Origin: Trueperaceae bacterium
GTDB taxonomy: Bacteria; Deinococcota; Deinococci; Deinococcales; Trueperaceae
Assembly: GCA_965213925.1 (NCBI GenBank)
Contig: OZ243927.1
Coordinates: 480,001-544,000 of the forward strand
DNA length: 64,000 bases
Direction: 5' to 3'
Shown here: piece after piece, positions 39,795 to 49,316 of the stretch
Layout of the letters: every line of letters begins with the position of its first letter
How positions within the stretch are numbered: position 1 is the first letter of the stretch
Position numbers and translations under genes: made by a program
Notes under the pieces: generated by a model
What the model was told of the DNA's origin: nothing
Database searches by the model: none
The model's input: the letters and a program-made list of their open reading frames with translations, nothing else

Positions 39795-41269
39795 CGCGCG
39801 CTTGCACCCACTCGTTGTTTCCGCCGCCCCGCAGGTGCGCCTCCTGCCTTAGCTTCCTGGCGCTGCTGCATCAGCACAGCGACGCCGAAGCCGAACAGAC
39901 TCCAGAAGCAGATGCCCCCTTGGGGTCCCTCGAGGTACACGTCGAACGTCGCGTTGACCATGAACGCCGTCCAGTAGGCGAGAATCCAGAGGTCGAGCCG
40001 CGCCCAGAAAAGCTGACCCGAACGGCGCGCGCGCAGGTGCGCCCTCAGTAAACTGAGTGCGAAGGCACCCTGTAAAAGGAACCACGCCGCCAACCCCGGC
40101 ACGCCGCCTCGAGCGAGAATCGTCAGGTGCGCGTTGTGGGGACTTCGCAGGGAGCCGTCCGCTTCGACCTGGTAGCCGTCGGAGTCCGCGAGGTTGACGC
40201 CGTACCCTTTGCCCGTCCAGAAGTAGTCGCCGAACAGGGTGTAGTTGACGATGTCGCCCCACCACCTCAGCCGCCAGCTCCGCGTCCCGTCGAAGTCGCC
40301 CTCGTCGGTACTCACCACGATGCTTTTGAGGGCGACGAAGATGTCGCTCGTCGAGACCGTCCGCCCGCCGACATCGACGCTCACGTTGGCAACAGATAGG
40401 GCGAGCACGAGGAGCGTGCCCATCAGGAACGGCCGCGCCCAACGGCTCGAGGGAACGAGCGCGACGACGAGCGTGATCGCCATGATTATAGACAGCAGCC
40501 CGCCGCGCGAGGTCGAGATGGTGACCGCGCCGAGCATCCAGAGCAGCCACCAGGGCCACTCCCTAGCCCAGTAACCGGTATGGGAGCGTGAAGAGGCGCG
40601 GTGCAAGCCGAGCATCAAAAAGGTCGCCGCGCCCGCTAGATGCACCGCCGTGTCCCCCGACTTAAGGAAGAGGACCGGTACGCCGCCGGGGGGCAAGGCT
40701 GGGAGAAGGTGCCCCGCGAGCTGAGACACCATCACGAGGACCGGGATCAGCAGGAGCAACCACGGCAGCCCGCGCGTATACAGCGCCACGACTTTACGCA
40801 CCCATTCAGCCTTGAGTAAAAAGGCAGCGACGACGACCGCGTAGGTGCCGTAGCCCCAGATGACGGCGTCCCTAAGCGCATCGAACTCGTAGGTGGAGAG
40901 ATAGGGAAACGTGTCGGCCGCGCCGACCACCATGAAACCGACGAGCAGCCAGATGAGCGGGGAGCGAAAAACCCGGCCGAGCCCACCCGCGAGCAGAACA
41001 GCGAGCACGCCGAGCGCAAGCACCATCTCGCCTATAAAGAGAGGCGGCACACCGACGTAGGCGAACCCTCGCCCTAACAGGGTATAGCCGACGAGACAGA
41101 ATCCTACCAAGCCGAGGACGAGTTGGGGCAACCTCGGGCGAAGGTAGAGCGCGCTCGTCAAGACGAAAAAGGCGGCGGAAGCGCTCGCCGCGAGCATGGG
41201 ATTCCATAGCGCGACGACGGTAACGGGTAACACCAGACTATATAGAAGTCCTTGCTTCACTGTGCCCAT
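39791..41269 (-). CDS. O-antigen ligase / Wzy polymerase-like membrane protein
   Basis: Multiple TM segments, TSRGGLL, GKGYG, SPHNAHL..LARGG..GL. Confidence 0.8.
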   Translation of the reverse strand: MGTVKQGLLYSLVLPVTVVALWNPMLAASASAAFFVLTSALYLRPRLPQLVLGLVGFCLVGYTLLGRGFAYVGVPPLFIGEMVLALGVLAVLLAGGLGRVFRSPLIWLLVGFMVVGAADTFPYLSTYEFDALRDAVIWGYGTYAVVVAAFLLKAEWVRKVVALYTRGLPWLLLLIPVLVMVSQLAGHLLPALPPGGVPVLFLKSGDTAVHLAGAATFLMLGLHRASSRSHTGYWAREWPWWLLWMLGAVTISTSRGGLLSIIMAITLVVALVPSSRWARPFLMGTLLVLALSVANVSVDVGGRTVSTSDIFVALKSIVVSTDEGDFDGTRSWRLRWWGDIVNYTLFGDYFWTGKGYGVNLADSDGYQVEADGSLRSPHNAHLTILARGGVPGLAAWFLLQGAFALSLLRAHLRARRSGQLFWARLDLWILAYWTAFMVNATFDVYLEGPQGGICFWSLFGFGVAVLMQQRQEAKAGGAPAGRRKQRVGASAR

Positions 41270-41319
41270 TATGACCGACCTCTCGTCAGCATAGATGCGT
41301 CAACGCTCTCTATTCTTAG

Positions 41320-41576
41320 TACACCATCAAGTAGAAACTGAGTTATGTCATTCTGAACGTAGTGAAGAATCTCTACATTCGCTTTCTCCTCCTGAGCATG
41401 CGAATCACGAAGTTTAGGCGTAGCCAAGTACGAAGTTTTGGCGTAGCCAAACGAGACCCGTAGGCGTTGCGAGGTTTAACGCGCCACTTCAAATCGCGTT
41501 GCCCCCACTAGTCCACCGGCGACTGCGTGAACGAGGTGACAGGTAAGAGGTTACGTAGCGGTCGATGAACAGCGTA
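41320..41576. mobile_element. MITE-like element family B, copy 3
   Basis: TACACCATCAA..., TGTCATTCTGAACG..GAAGAATCT, ...CGTGAACGAGGTGACA...CAGCGTA; tandem CGAAGTTTWGGCGTAGCCAA. Confidence 0.65.
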
Positions 41577-41577
41577 C

Positions 41578-42204
41578 TCAGTTCCCCTTGACGCGTGGGC
41601 GTTTGATGGTTTCTAAATAGGGGTAGCGCTCCAGCATCTGCCAGTAACTCTGAAAGAGGTCAACGGCCTCCTCATCGCTGCGGGGCAGCGCGCCGATGCG
41701 AAAGTACGACACGTGCCCGTTCGGGAAACAGAAGGTCGGCGTGCCGAAGATATCCAACGCGGCGGCGCGGTGATGTTCGTGCGCCAGGGTCGTGCGGCAT
41801 TCGGGGTCGGAGAGGTCGTTCTCGAACTTAGGGACGTGTAACCCTACTTTCCCGGCAACCTCTTTAAGTGTCGAGAGCGTATAGGGTTTGTGCTCGCGGT
41901 AACGCGCGCGCATCAGCGCCATGCGAAACTGGCTATGCAGCTCTTTTCCTTGCCGACGCGCGGCGCAAGACGCCAGAAAGGGCAAGAGACCCTTGCTGCC
42001 GTTGTCACTCTCGGGCTCGATGCGGTCGTTCCAGAGTTGCCAACCGTTGCCGCCCCCGTTCTCACCCCTGTAGTTGCTCTGATAGAGGCTAAAGTGCCGC
42101 CACTCAAAGCTCAGCTCGAGCTCGCGCTCGACGACATGCGCGACTTCCGCGCCGCGCCAGGCAAAGGGACAGAGATAATCGAAGTAGACAACCACATCAG
42201 ACAT
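41578..42204 (-). CDS. DsbA/FrnE-like thioredoxin-fold protein (single Cys)
   Basis: YFDYLCPFAW, IFGTPTF; ATG at 42204. Confidence 0.8.
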   Translation of the reverse strand: MSDVVVYFDYLCPFAWRGAEVAHVVERELELSFEWRHFSLYQSNYRGENGGGNGWQLWNDRIEPESDNGSKGLLPFLASCAARRQGKELHSQFRMALMRARYREHKPYTLSTLKEVAGKVGLHVPKFENDLSDPECRTTLAHEHHRAAALDIFGTPTFCFPNGHVSYFRIGALPRSDEEAVDLFQSYWQMLERYPYLETIKRPRVKGN

Positions 42205-42423
42205 AGCTTTATTAAAGCTTGCTAAGAGGCTGATGCGGGTAAGCCGAATAACAGCGGCGCGTTCGGCGGCGTTAGGGGAAGGCGGCGTCCCTCGAATATC
42301 GCTACCCCAGCCGCCAGTGCTCAGAAGGCTCACTTGTTGACTCTACCTCAAAAAAACTGAATACCTCCCGTTCGGCTTGAACGCACTTCATCTATGGCAT
42401 ATTGGAGGATGGAGGCTTCACTC

Positions 42424-42921
42424 ATGGCGATATTCGACAAACTCCTCGAGTCCAACCAACACTACGCTCAAGACTTTAGTAGCGGTGAGCTGAACGCTCC
42501 GCCCAAACGCAAGGTCGCCGTCGTCACCTGCATGGACGCGCGCCTTCACCCCGAAACATTTCTAGGTTTAGAGCTGGGCGACGCCCACGTCATCCGCAAC
42601 GCGGGCGGCAGAGTCACCGACGACGCGCTCCGCTCGCTCGTGATTTCTCAGCGGATGCTCGGGACTGAAGAGGTCGTCGTCATCCAGCACACCGACTGCG
42701 GCATGATGGGCGCGTCTGATGAAGACATCGCCGCAAAGGTCAAAGAGGACCTCGGGGTGGACACGAGCATGGAGTTCTTGACCTTTACCGACCTGCGAGA
42801 GAGCGTGCGCCACGACGTGAATAGGCTCCGCAACACCTCGCTCATCCCTGACAATGTACCGATCGTCGGCGCGATTTACGACGTGAAGAGCGGCAAGGTG
42901 GAAGAGGTAACGAGAGTTTAG
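42424..42921 (+). CDS. Beta-class carbonic anhydrase
   Basis: CMDARL, IRNAGG, HTDCG. Confidence 0.9.
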   Translation: MAIFDKLLESNQHYAQDFSSGELNAPPKRKVAVVTCMDARLHPETFLGLELGDAHVIRNAGGRVTDDALRSLVISQRMLGTEEVVVIQHTDCGMMGASDEDIAAKVKEDLGVDTSMEFLTFTDLRESVRHDVNRLRNTSLIPDNVPIVGAIYDVKSGKVEEVTRV

Positions 42922-42962
42922 GGATTAAAAGTAGCGTTTGCAAGGGGTTGATATACAGCCCC

Positions 42963-43739
42963 TCAAACCACACTCATCCCTCCGTCCACCACCACGACCT
43001 GCCCCGTCATAAACGCCGACGCGTCCGAGGCTAAAAGCACCGCCACCCCTTTTAAGTCTTCGGGTCCGCCCACGCGCCCGAGAGGTGTCGCCCTTTCGAT
43101 GAGGTCCTGCCCCGCTTCTAACGTCCCTTTGGTCATCTTCGTGGGAAAGAACCCAGGCGCGACGGCGTTCACCGTAATTCCGTACTTCGCCCACTCCGCC
43201 GCGAGCGCACGGGTCAGGTTGACGAGCCCGCCTTTCGAAGCGTTGTAGGCCGCTGTGCCGACCATTTTAGGGTGATTCCCCCGCAAACCCGCCACCGACG
43301 CAATGTTGACGATGCGCCCCCTTTTACGCGGGATCATCGAGGCATTAGCGGCGGCTTGGCTGAGCGCAAAGGCGGCGGTGAGGTTGAGATTCAAGACTTT
43401 ATGCCAAGCGTCTAAAGGGTGCTCTTCGGCGGGCGCGCCCCAGGTCGTGCCTGCGTTGTTGACGAGGATGTCGATCTGTCCCCACTCGTTCATGATTTGC
43501 TGGACGAGCTTCTCAGGCGCGTCCGGTTGCGAGAGGTCAGAAGGAAGAGGTAGAACCTCCGCGCCCTGCTGCCGCAACGTTTCGGCGCTCTCCTCTAGCT
43601 GCTCGGCTTTTCGGGCGGTAAGGACGAGCTTCGCGCCCTGCTCGGCGTAAGCTTCGGCGATTTGCAAGCCTAAGCCCCTCGAGCCCCCCGTAATCAGCGC
43701 GACACGTCCGGTGAGGTCGAAAAGTTGTTGGATGCTCAT
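42963..43739 (-). CDS. SDR oxidoreductase
   Basis: TGGSRGLG, NNAG, YNASKG. Confidence 0.9.
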   Translation of the reverse strand: MSIQQLFDLTGRVALITGGSRGLGLQIAEAYAEQGAKLVLTARKAEQLEESAETLRQQGAEVLPLPSDLSQPDAPEKLVQQIMNEWGQIDILVNNAGTTWGAPAEEHPLDAWHKVLNLNLTAAFALSQAAANASMIPRKRGRIVNIASVAGLRGNHPKMVGTAAYNASKGGLVNLTRALAAEWAKYGITVNAVAPGFFPTKMTKGTLEAGQDLIERATPLGRVGGPEDLKGVAVLLASDASAFMTGQVVVVDGGMSVV

Positions 43740-43757
43740 AAGATTCCTTTCAGAAAA

Positions 43758-43867
43758 GAGCAGTGAGTTGAAAGCAATCCAGTCAAGCTGGTTACGCAGT
43801 CTCCGAAGGAACGAACGGTGAGCAATGAGTGAAAACTTTTAGACTCATTGCTCGATACTCATTGCTC
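43758..43867. repeat. Palindromic repeat family A, copy 3 (supplies the stop codon of the fad gene)
   Basis: GAGCAATGAGTGAAAACTTTTAGACTCATTGCTCGATACTCATTGCTC. Confidence 0.85.
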
Positions 43868-45946
43868 TTTTTGAAACCCCTTCTCCTCTTCCGCCAACCC
43901 CTTCAAAAGTGGCGCAGGCTCCCACAGTTTCCCGTGGACCTCATGGAAATGCTGAATATCGATGACGACCTCTTTCAGCCCGACTTGGTCCGCGTAGAAC
44001 ATCGGTCCGCCTTTATGCGCAGGAAAGCCGTAGCCGTAGACGTAGATCACGTCGATATCGCTAGAACGTTGCGCGATACCCTCTTCTAAAATCTTCGCGC
44101 CCTCGTTGACGAGTTGGTACACGAGGCGCCTCAAAATCTCCTCGTCACTGATGTCACGGCGCTCTATGCCTATCTCTTTTGAATGCTGGATGATGAGGTC
44201 TTCAATTTCGGGGTCACGGATGGGGGTGCGGCTGCCCTCCTCGTAGCGGTAAAAGCCCGCGCCTGTCTTCTGTCCTAAGCGTCCTAAATTGTGGACCTTG
44301 TCCGACACTTCGGAGTAGCGCTCGTCGGGGTCGCGCGTTTCCGCTTGCCTTTGGCGGATGCGGTAGCCTACGTCGAGCCCGGCAAGGTCACCCATCGCAA
44401 AGGGTCCCATCGCCATGCCGAAGGCTTTCATCACGTCGTCCACTCTATGCGGGAGCGCCCCCTCTTCGACCAAGAAGTTCGCCTCGCGCGTGTACTTGTG
44501 AATCATCCGGTTGCCGACGAACCCGTCGCAGACGCCCACCACTACGGGTACTTTGCGCATCTTTTTGGCGAGCGACAACGCGGTGGCGAGGGCTTCGTCG
44601 GAGGTTTCGTCGGCGCGCACGACCTCTAAAAGCTTCATGACGTTGGCAGGGCTGAAGAAGTGCGTACCGAGGACCGCGCCGGAACGAGAGGTCGCTCGGG
44701 CGATATCGTTGACGTCTAGCGTCGAGGTGTTTGTGGCGAGGACGGTATCACCCTGGGTCACGCGCTCCAACGCTCCGAACACCTCTTTTTTCACGTCCAT
44801 GTCTTCAAAGACCGCCTCGATGACCATGTCAGCGTCGCCGAGTGCGCCGTAGTCCACGACGCCTTCGATGAGGTTGAGTCTCTCGTCCATGTCCTCTTGC
44901 GACAAACGTCCCTTATCCACCGTGCGTTGGTAATTTTTCCGTACGGTGCTCATACCGCGCTCTAAGTTGTCTGAAGAGGTCTCGAGCACCTTCACCTTCA
45001 CCCCGGCGTTGGCGAAGTTCATGGCGATGCCGCCCCCCATCGTGCCCGCGCCGATGACGGCGGCTTGTTCGACCTCTTTGGGTTCGACCCCCTCAAGTCC
45101 AGGAACTTTCGCCGCTTCACGCTCGGCGAAGAAGATGTGGCGCAGCGCTTTCGATTGCTCCGAGTCTAGCGCCTCCATAAACAGCTCGCGCTCGCGCCTG
45201 AGTCCCTCGTCGAACGGCAGCGTGACGGCGGCCTGCACCGCGTCGATGCACCGCAAGGGCGCTTCTAATCCTCTCGCTTTTTTTGCCGCTCGCGTGCGCT
45301 CTCCGGTGAAAAACGGACCAAAGGGAACGGAGAGTTTAGGCTCCATCTCGCTGACCTTGCGCAACCTTGCGCCGCTTCGAACGACCTCTTCGGCGTAGGC
45401 GAGGGCTTCTTCTAAGAGGTCGCCTTGAATGACATGGTCGATGAGACCGAGTTCCCGCGCTTCCTCGGCTTTTACAGGACTGCCCGTTGAGATCATCTCG
45501 AGTGCTTTTTGCGCGTCGATGAGCCTAGGCAGCCGCTGGGTTCCGCCCGCGCCGGGCAGGAGTCCTAACTTCACCTCGGGAAACCCTAAGCGCGCGTCGG
45601 GTGCGGCGACGCGGTAGTGACACCCTAGCGCGACCTCTAAACCGCCGCCTAACGCGCTCCCGTGCATCGCCGCGACGATAGGTTTGGGCGTGCTCGCGAC
45701 GCCCGCGACGAGCTTAGGGATGTCGGGAACTTGGTTCCTAGGCAGCGTGAACGTCTTTATGTCCGCGCCCGCGATGAAGCTGCGCCCCGCGCCGATAAGC
45801 ACGAACGCCTTGACCTCTTCGTCTTGACTACCTCGCCCCAACCCTTCGATGATTCCTTCGGGCACGCCGGGGCTCAGTACGTTTACGGGTGGGTTGTCGA
45901 CGGTTAAAGCGGCAATCGGACCGTGGCGGTCATAGGCAACTTTCAC
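43859..45946 (-). CDS. fadB: Enoyl-CoA hydratase / 3-hydroxyacyl-CoA dehydrogenase multifunctional enzyme
   Basis: FIAGADI, LGGGLE, PEVKLGLLPGAGG, GAGTMG, HFFSPA, GFVGNR. Confidence 0.85.
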   Translation of the reverse strand: MKVAYDRHGPIAALTVDNPPVNVLSPGVPEGIIEGLGRGSQDEEVKAFVLIGAGRSFIAGADIKTFTLPRNQVPDIPKLVAGVASTPKPIVAAMHGSALGGGLEVALGCHYRVAAPDARLGFPEVKLGLLPGAGGTQRLPRLIDAQKALEMISTGSPVKAEEARELGLIDHVIQGDLLEEALAYAEEVVRSGARLRKVSEMEPKLSVPFGPFFTGERTRAAKKARGLEAPLRCIDAVQAAVTLPFDEGLRRERELFMEALDSEQSKALRHIFFAEREAAKVPGLEGVEPKEVEQAAVIGAGTMGGGIAMNFANAGVKVKVLETSSDNLERGMSTVRKNYQRTVDKGRLSQEDMDERLNLIEGVVDYGALGDADMVIEAVFEDMDVKKEVFGALERVTQGDTVLATNTSTLDVNDIARATSRSGAVLGTHFFSPANVMKLLEVVRADETSDEALATALSLAKKMRKVPVVVGVCDGFVGNRMIHKYTREANFLVEEGALPHRVDDVMKAFGMAMGPFAMGDLAGLDVGYRIRQRQAETRDPDERYSEVSDKVHNLGRLGQKTGAGFYRYEEGSRTPIRDPEIEDLIIQHSKEIGIERRDISDEEILRRLVYQLVNEGAKILEEGIAQRSSDIDVIYVYGYGFPAHKGGPMFYADQVGLKEVVIDIQHFHEVHGKLWEPAPLLKGLAEEEKGFQKEQ

Positions 45947-45981
45947 GGGAAAACCTTCATGATGAGCATCCTCTCTCGTTT

Positions 45982-46100
45982 GTTACTCATACCGTTTCCG
46001 GGTAATTCCCATAGGAATTACCCCGAGCGAAGAGCCTTCAGCAGCAGGTATTGACTGGTCATAGACGCGCGTCGATAACGGGATGCTACCCCCTACTGAA
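45982..46100 (-). promoter_or_regulatory. Candidate structured leader RNA resembling the yybP-ykoY riboswitch
   Basis: Minus strand GGGGGUAGCAUCCCGUU...GUCAAUAC...GGUAAUUCC/GGAAUUACC...AACGGUAUG; foldable by eye as a four-way junction. Confidence 0.45.
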
Positions 46101-46268
46101 AGCTCCTTAGCGAGTAGAAAAAGTACGGATTCCGTAATCAATCAGAATCCGTATCACTCGCAGTGTCTTCATTGAGTGTAGCTTACCTAGAGAGAGGTCG
46201 AAAGGTGCGCTTTGTTCTCCATCGTCCCTTCAAGGAGTCAGCCTCACACGTTTCCTAACCTTGCTGAC

Positions 46269-46501
46269 TACGCTGTCAGTAAAAAGATGAGTCATGTCCT
46301 GAGCCCTACGGCGAGCTATAGGATAGACTCCACCCTACGGCGAGCGTAGGATAGACTCCGTGGAGAGAAAGAATCTCTGACCTCCTTCTCCTTGGTGAGA
46401 GAGTGCAAGGCAAGACCCGCAGGCGGCGCGTCACTGCGTTCCCACTAGCGACTTACGTGAACGGGGTGACAACAGTGTTGCAAAACTTAGCTGACAGAGT
46501 A
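46269..46501. mobile_element. MITE-like element family B, copy 4
   Basis: TACGCTGTCAGTAAA / TTAGCTGACAGAGTA TIRs; right end GGGGTGACAACAGTGTTGCAAAACTT is the reverse complement of the left end of copy 1. Confidence 0.75.
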
Positions 46502-46567
46502 CTTGGTACGTTCACGTTAAAGGCGGGGCCTAGCAGAACCTAAGCTCAGTGGCGATATCAGAACCCT

Positions 46568-47578
46568 TCACGCCGCCACTCTCTTAAGCCATATCTCCCG
46601 CCAATAGGGGTAGATGCTCCTCTGACAAAAGCGGTTGTAGTCGCCGCAGCAGATGACGCCCTCGAGCATGAGGCAGTCCCCTTTAATCGTCAGCATCTTG
46701 CCCGTTTTCTCGTCGATGATCTTGTCTACGCGCTTGAGAACGCGGGCGCGGCGGCCCGTATATTTGACCATCTCCGCGTCGAAAGACAGACCGCGGTTCC
46801 GGCTCTCCTGGTCGAGCGTCGCGACGATCTCGTCTAAGCTCTTGATCTCGACGACCTCGCCGGGCTGAAGGTTCAGAACGTCGCGCGGCGTCCTCTCGAG
46901 CTGCCCTTGCGTAAAGGGGTAGTGCTGCCCGCCCCGGATGAGGCGCGACTCCGGAAGCACCCTTTTACTCGCGCTCTGAAACTTGTTAAAGATGATGACG
47001 GCTAGCCCGTGCGCGAGCGAACCGAAACCGATATTTCTGGAGGTCAGGTCTCGAGCGTACTGCCTTACGTTCCACCAGCGTAGCGGCGAGGTCGCCTCCG
47101 GGAGCGCCGTCGCTTGACACATGTAGACCCGCTCGCCCGACCTTTCCTCGGACGTATGTGCAAACAGCTTTTCACGTCCAGATGAGGGTGCCGCTGACGC
47201 CGGCTGGACTTGGCTAGGACGGCGCGACCCGTCAGGCGGGATATCGGTTTCCTCCCCAGCAGTGTCTACCTCTTTGAGCCACGCCTCTTTCCAAAAAAGG
47301 AGGCATAGCGCTTGGCAGCCGCCGTGAGCTTGACCGTCACAGCGCAAGCCCTCGAGGTGGACGGTATTTAGGTTACGCACGCTCCTCAGCCGCGTCGGTT
47401 GCTCGGCGGTGGCGGTGTCGCACGTTTTATCGGCTCGCTTGTAGATGCCGAAACGCTTCCCGCAGTACTTGAGCATTTCCGGCATAAAGGGGAGCCCCTC
47501 GAGTCGCCCCTGGTCGTCGAGCGTCGCGAGGATTTCCGCCTCGCTCCGCACTTCAACAATGTCACCCGCTTTGAGCAT
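46568..47578 (-). CDS. Hypothetical protein with an internally duplicated SH3-like, Cys-rich domain
   Basis: GDIVEVRS..EI.ATLD..G...GL.F.PEM.KY.G.R and GEVVEIKS..EI.ATLD.....GL.F.AEM.KY.G.R, each ending C..G....C......W.E.WL. Confidence 0.75.
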   Translation of the reverse strand: MLKAGDIVEVRSEAEILATLDDQGRLEGLPFMPEMLKYCGKRFGIYKRADKTCDTATAEQPTRLRSVRNLNTVHLEGLRCDGQAHGGCQALCLLFWKEAWLKEVDTAGEETDIPPDGSRRPSQVQPASAAPSSGREKLFAHTSEERSGERVYMCQATALPEATSPLRWWNVRQYARDLTSRNIGFGSLAHGLAVIIFNKFQSASKRVLPESRLIRGGQHYPFTQGQLERTPRDVLNLQPGEVVEIKSLDEIVATLDQESRNRGLSFDAEMVKYTGRRARVLKRVDKIIDEKTGKMLTIKGDCLMLEGVICCGDYNRFCQRSIYPYWREIWLKRVAA

Positions 47579-47747
47579 CAGATACCTTTCAGACCATATC
47601 TACTTTAGAGAATAAACGTTACGAATAGCGCTAAGCTTCCCGGCTGATCTCGCTAAGCTGGATTCGGCGTACGTTTCTTTAAGCTTAACGTATCTCAAGC
47701 CACTTCGGTAACGACGAGGGTGCTAAAGCTTCAGTATTAAGGTTTTA

Positions 47748-49316
47748 TCAACCGGACCTCGCCGACCAGGAGGACGCGCCGACGCGCGTACGCTCTACAG
47801 ATTCTATGCGGGCTCTTTTCGGAGCCGCTTTCGCGTGGAGGGCGACGGCACCTAGGTTGCTCGCGTCCGCTTCCCGCAACCGCTCCGTCGCCTCTCGCAG
47901 GGCGGGGCGCTCTACGTGTCCGAGTCCGACGACCAACAGGGTGTCGGTGCACGCCGAAGCGACCACCAGGGTATCCGCCCCGGCGAGCACTGGCGGGGCG
48001 CTGATCACAATGACGTCGTAGCGCTCTTGTAGTCCCTGCAGCGCTTGAGAGACGCCGCGCCCTATCCGCCCCGCCGCCCCGCGGTCCGCTTCGTAAGCAG
48101 GCAAGACCGCCAGACGCTTGTCCGAGCCGAGTTCTACCTCGGCGAGCAGACGGTCGCTGGGGCTCACGAGGTATTCGCTCACGCCGAGCCCGGCGTTGCT
48201 CCTAAAGTTGTAGAGGGTCGCTAGCGTCGGGTGCGCCAGGTCGAGGTCGATGAGCAGCGTTCGGTAGTCGCTGGCGGCGAAACTCTCCGCTAACTCGGCG
48301 GCTAGCCACGCCTTTGTGGTGGTGAACTCGGGGCTCGTGACGAGGAGCGTCTTGGACGCGCTGTTCGAACTAGACAGGACGCTCGCGCGGAGGAGGTCCA
48401 TAGCGGCGTATACCTCCTCTCCGCGCGCCTTTTCCAGAACGGCTAGCACGGGCAAGCCGCCCACAGCGCGGACGTCTTCTGCGGTTCGGACGCGCGTGTC
48501 GATCAGCTTGAGCAGGAGTAGACACCCCAGCACGAGGAGGAGCGCGCTGACAAATGCTAGGGCGGCGTAACGTAGCGGGCGAGGCGCGACCGGTCCTAGA
48601 GGCGGGATCGCCGGCTGAACGGTCGAGACAAGCCCGGAGGCGGAGCTTATCAGGGCGCGCGCGTAGAGAAAGTTTTGCTGCTGCTGAGCGCGCAACACCT
48701 GAAGGCTCGCCAAGTCCTCCTGGCTCAGCGGGTCGTCCGCTTGACTGAGCGAGGCGATATTCTCGTCCAAAACGCGAATCTGCTGCTCCAAGGTGCGAAC
48801 CGAGCGCTCGACGCTCCCCTGCACGCGCGCCTCGTCCCAGCTTATGAGTACGGAGGCTAAAGCGTTGGCCGTCTCCGCCGCGGTGGTGGGCGACGGGCTC
48901 GTGTAGGAGATAGAGAGCAGCGTCGCCGAGGGGAAGTCGGTGTCTCTCGTGTCCTCGGTTACGCCCATGATGACGCGCTCTCGTGTCCGCTCGAGACGTG
49001 ACTGGTCGATCTCTGCGACGCCTAGGGCGTTTAGCGCGCCGACCAGCGTCTGGTCGCTCAGCAAGATGGCGCGGTAGGCGTCCGCGCTGAGCGGCGAGGG
49101 TGGACCCGGGATGGTCTCAGCCGAGCTTGCGCCGAGCGCCTGCGTGATGAGGAGCGTCGTGGTCGCCTCGTAAGCGGGCTCGAGCCGCTGGGCGAGAAAA
49201 TAGGTCAGGACAGCGGCGAGTAGCGCGGCGGGCAGCGCGATTAAAAGCGCACGCAGCACGAAGCGCAGGGTGCTGCCGATGTCAAAATTGTCTTGCTCCA
49301 CGTCCAAGCCTCCCAC
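47748..49316 (-). CDS. Polysaccharide co-polymerase (Wzz/Wzc-like) with a degenerate BY-kinase domain
   Basis: TM1-PAYEATTTLL, coiled coil, P..PVAPRP-TM2, DTRVRT..DV, RTLLIDLDL. Confidence 0.8.
   Translation of the reverse strand: MGGLDVEQDNFDIGSTLRFVLRALLIALPAALLAAVLTYFLAQRLEPAYEATTTLLITQALGASSAETIPGPPSPLSADAYRAILLSDQTLVGALNALGVAEIDQSRLERTRERVIMGVTEDTRDTDFPSATLLSISYTSPSPTTAAETANALASVLISWDEARVQGSVERSVRTLEQQIRVLDENIASLSQADDPLSQEDLASLQVLRAQQQQNFLYARALISSASGLVSTVQPAIPPLGPVAPRPLRYAALAFVSALLLVLGCLLLLKLIDTRVRTAEDVRAVGGLPVLAVLEKARGEEVYAAMDLLRASVLSSSNSASKTLLVTSPEFTTTKAWLAAELAESFAASDYRTLLIDLDLAHPTLATLYNFRSNAGLGVSEYLVSPSDRLLAEVELGSDKRLAVLPAYEADRGAAGRIGRGVSQALQGLQERYDVIVISAPPVLAGADTLVVASACTDTLLVVGLGHVERPALREATERLREADASNLGAVALHAKAAPKRARIESVERTRVGASSWSARSG

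Noticed and set aside
46300..46362. CRISPR array (tandem ~28-bp repeats here and ~20-bp repeats at 41408-41450)
   Set aside because: Only two adjacent units with no spacers, located inside MITEs, and no cas genes
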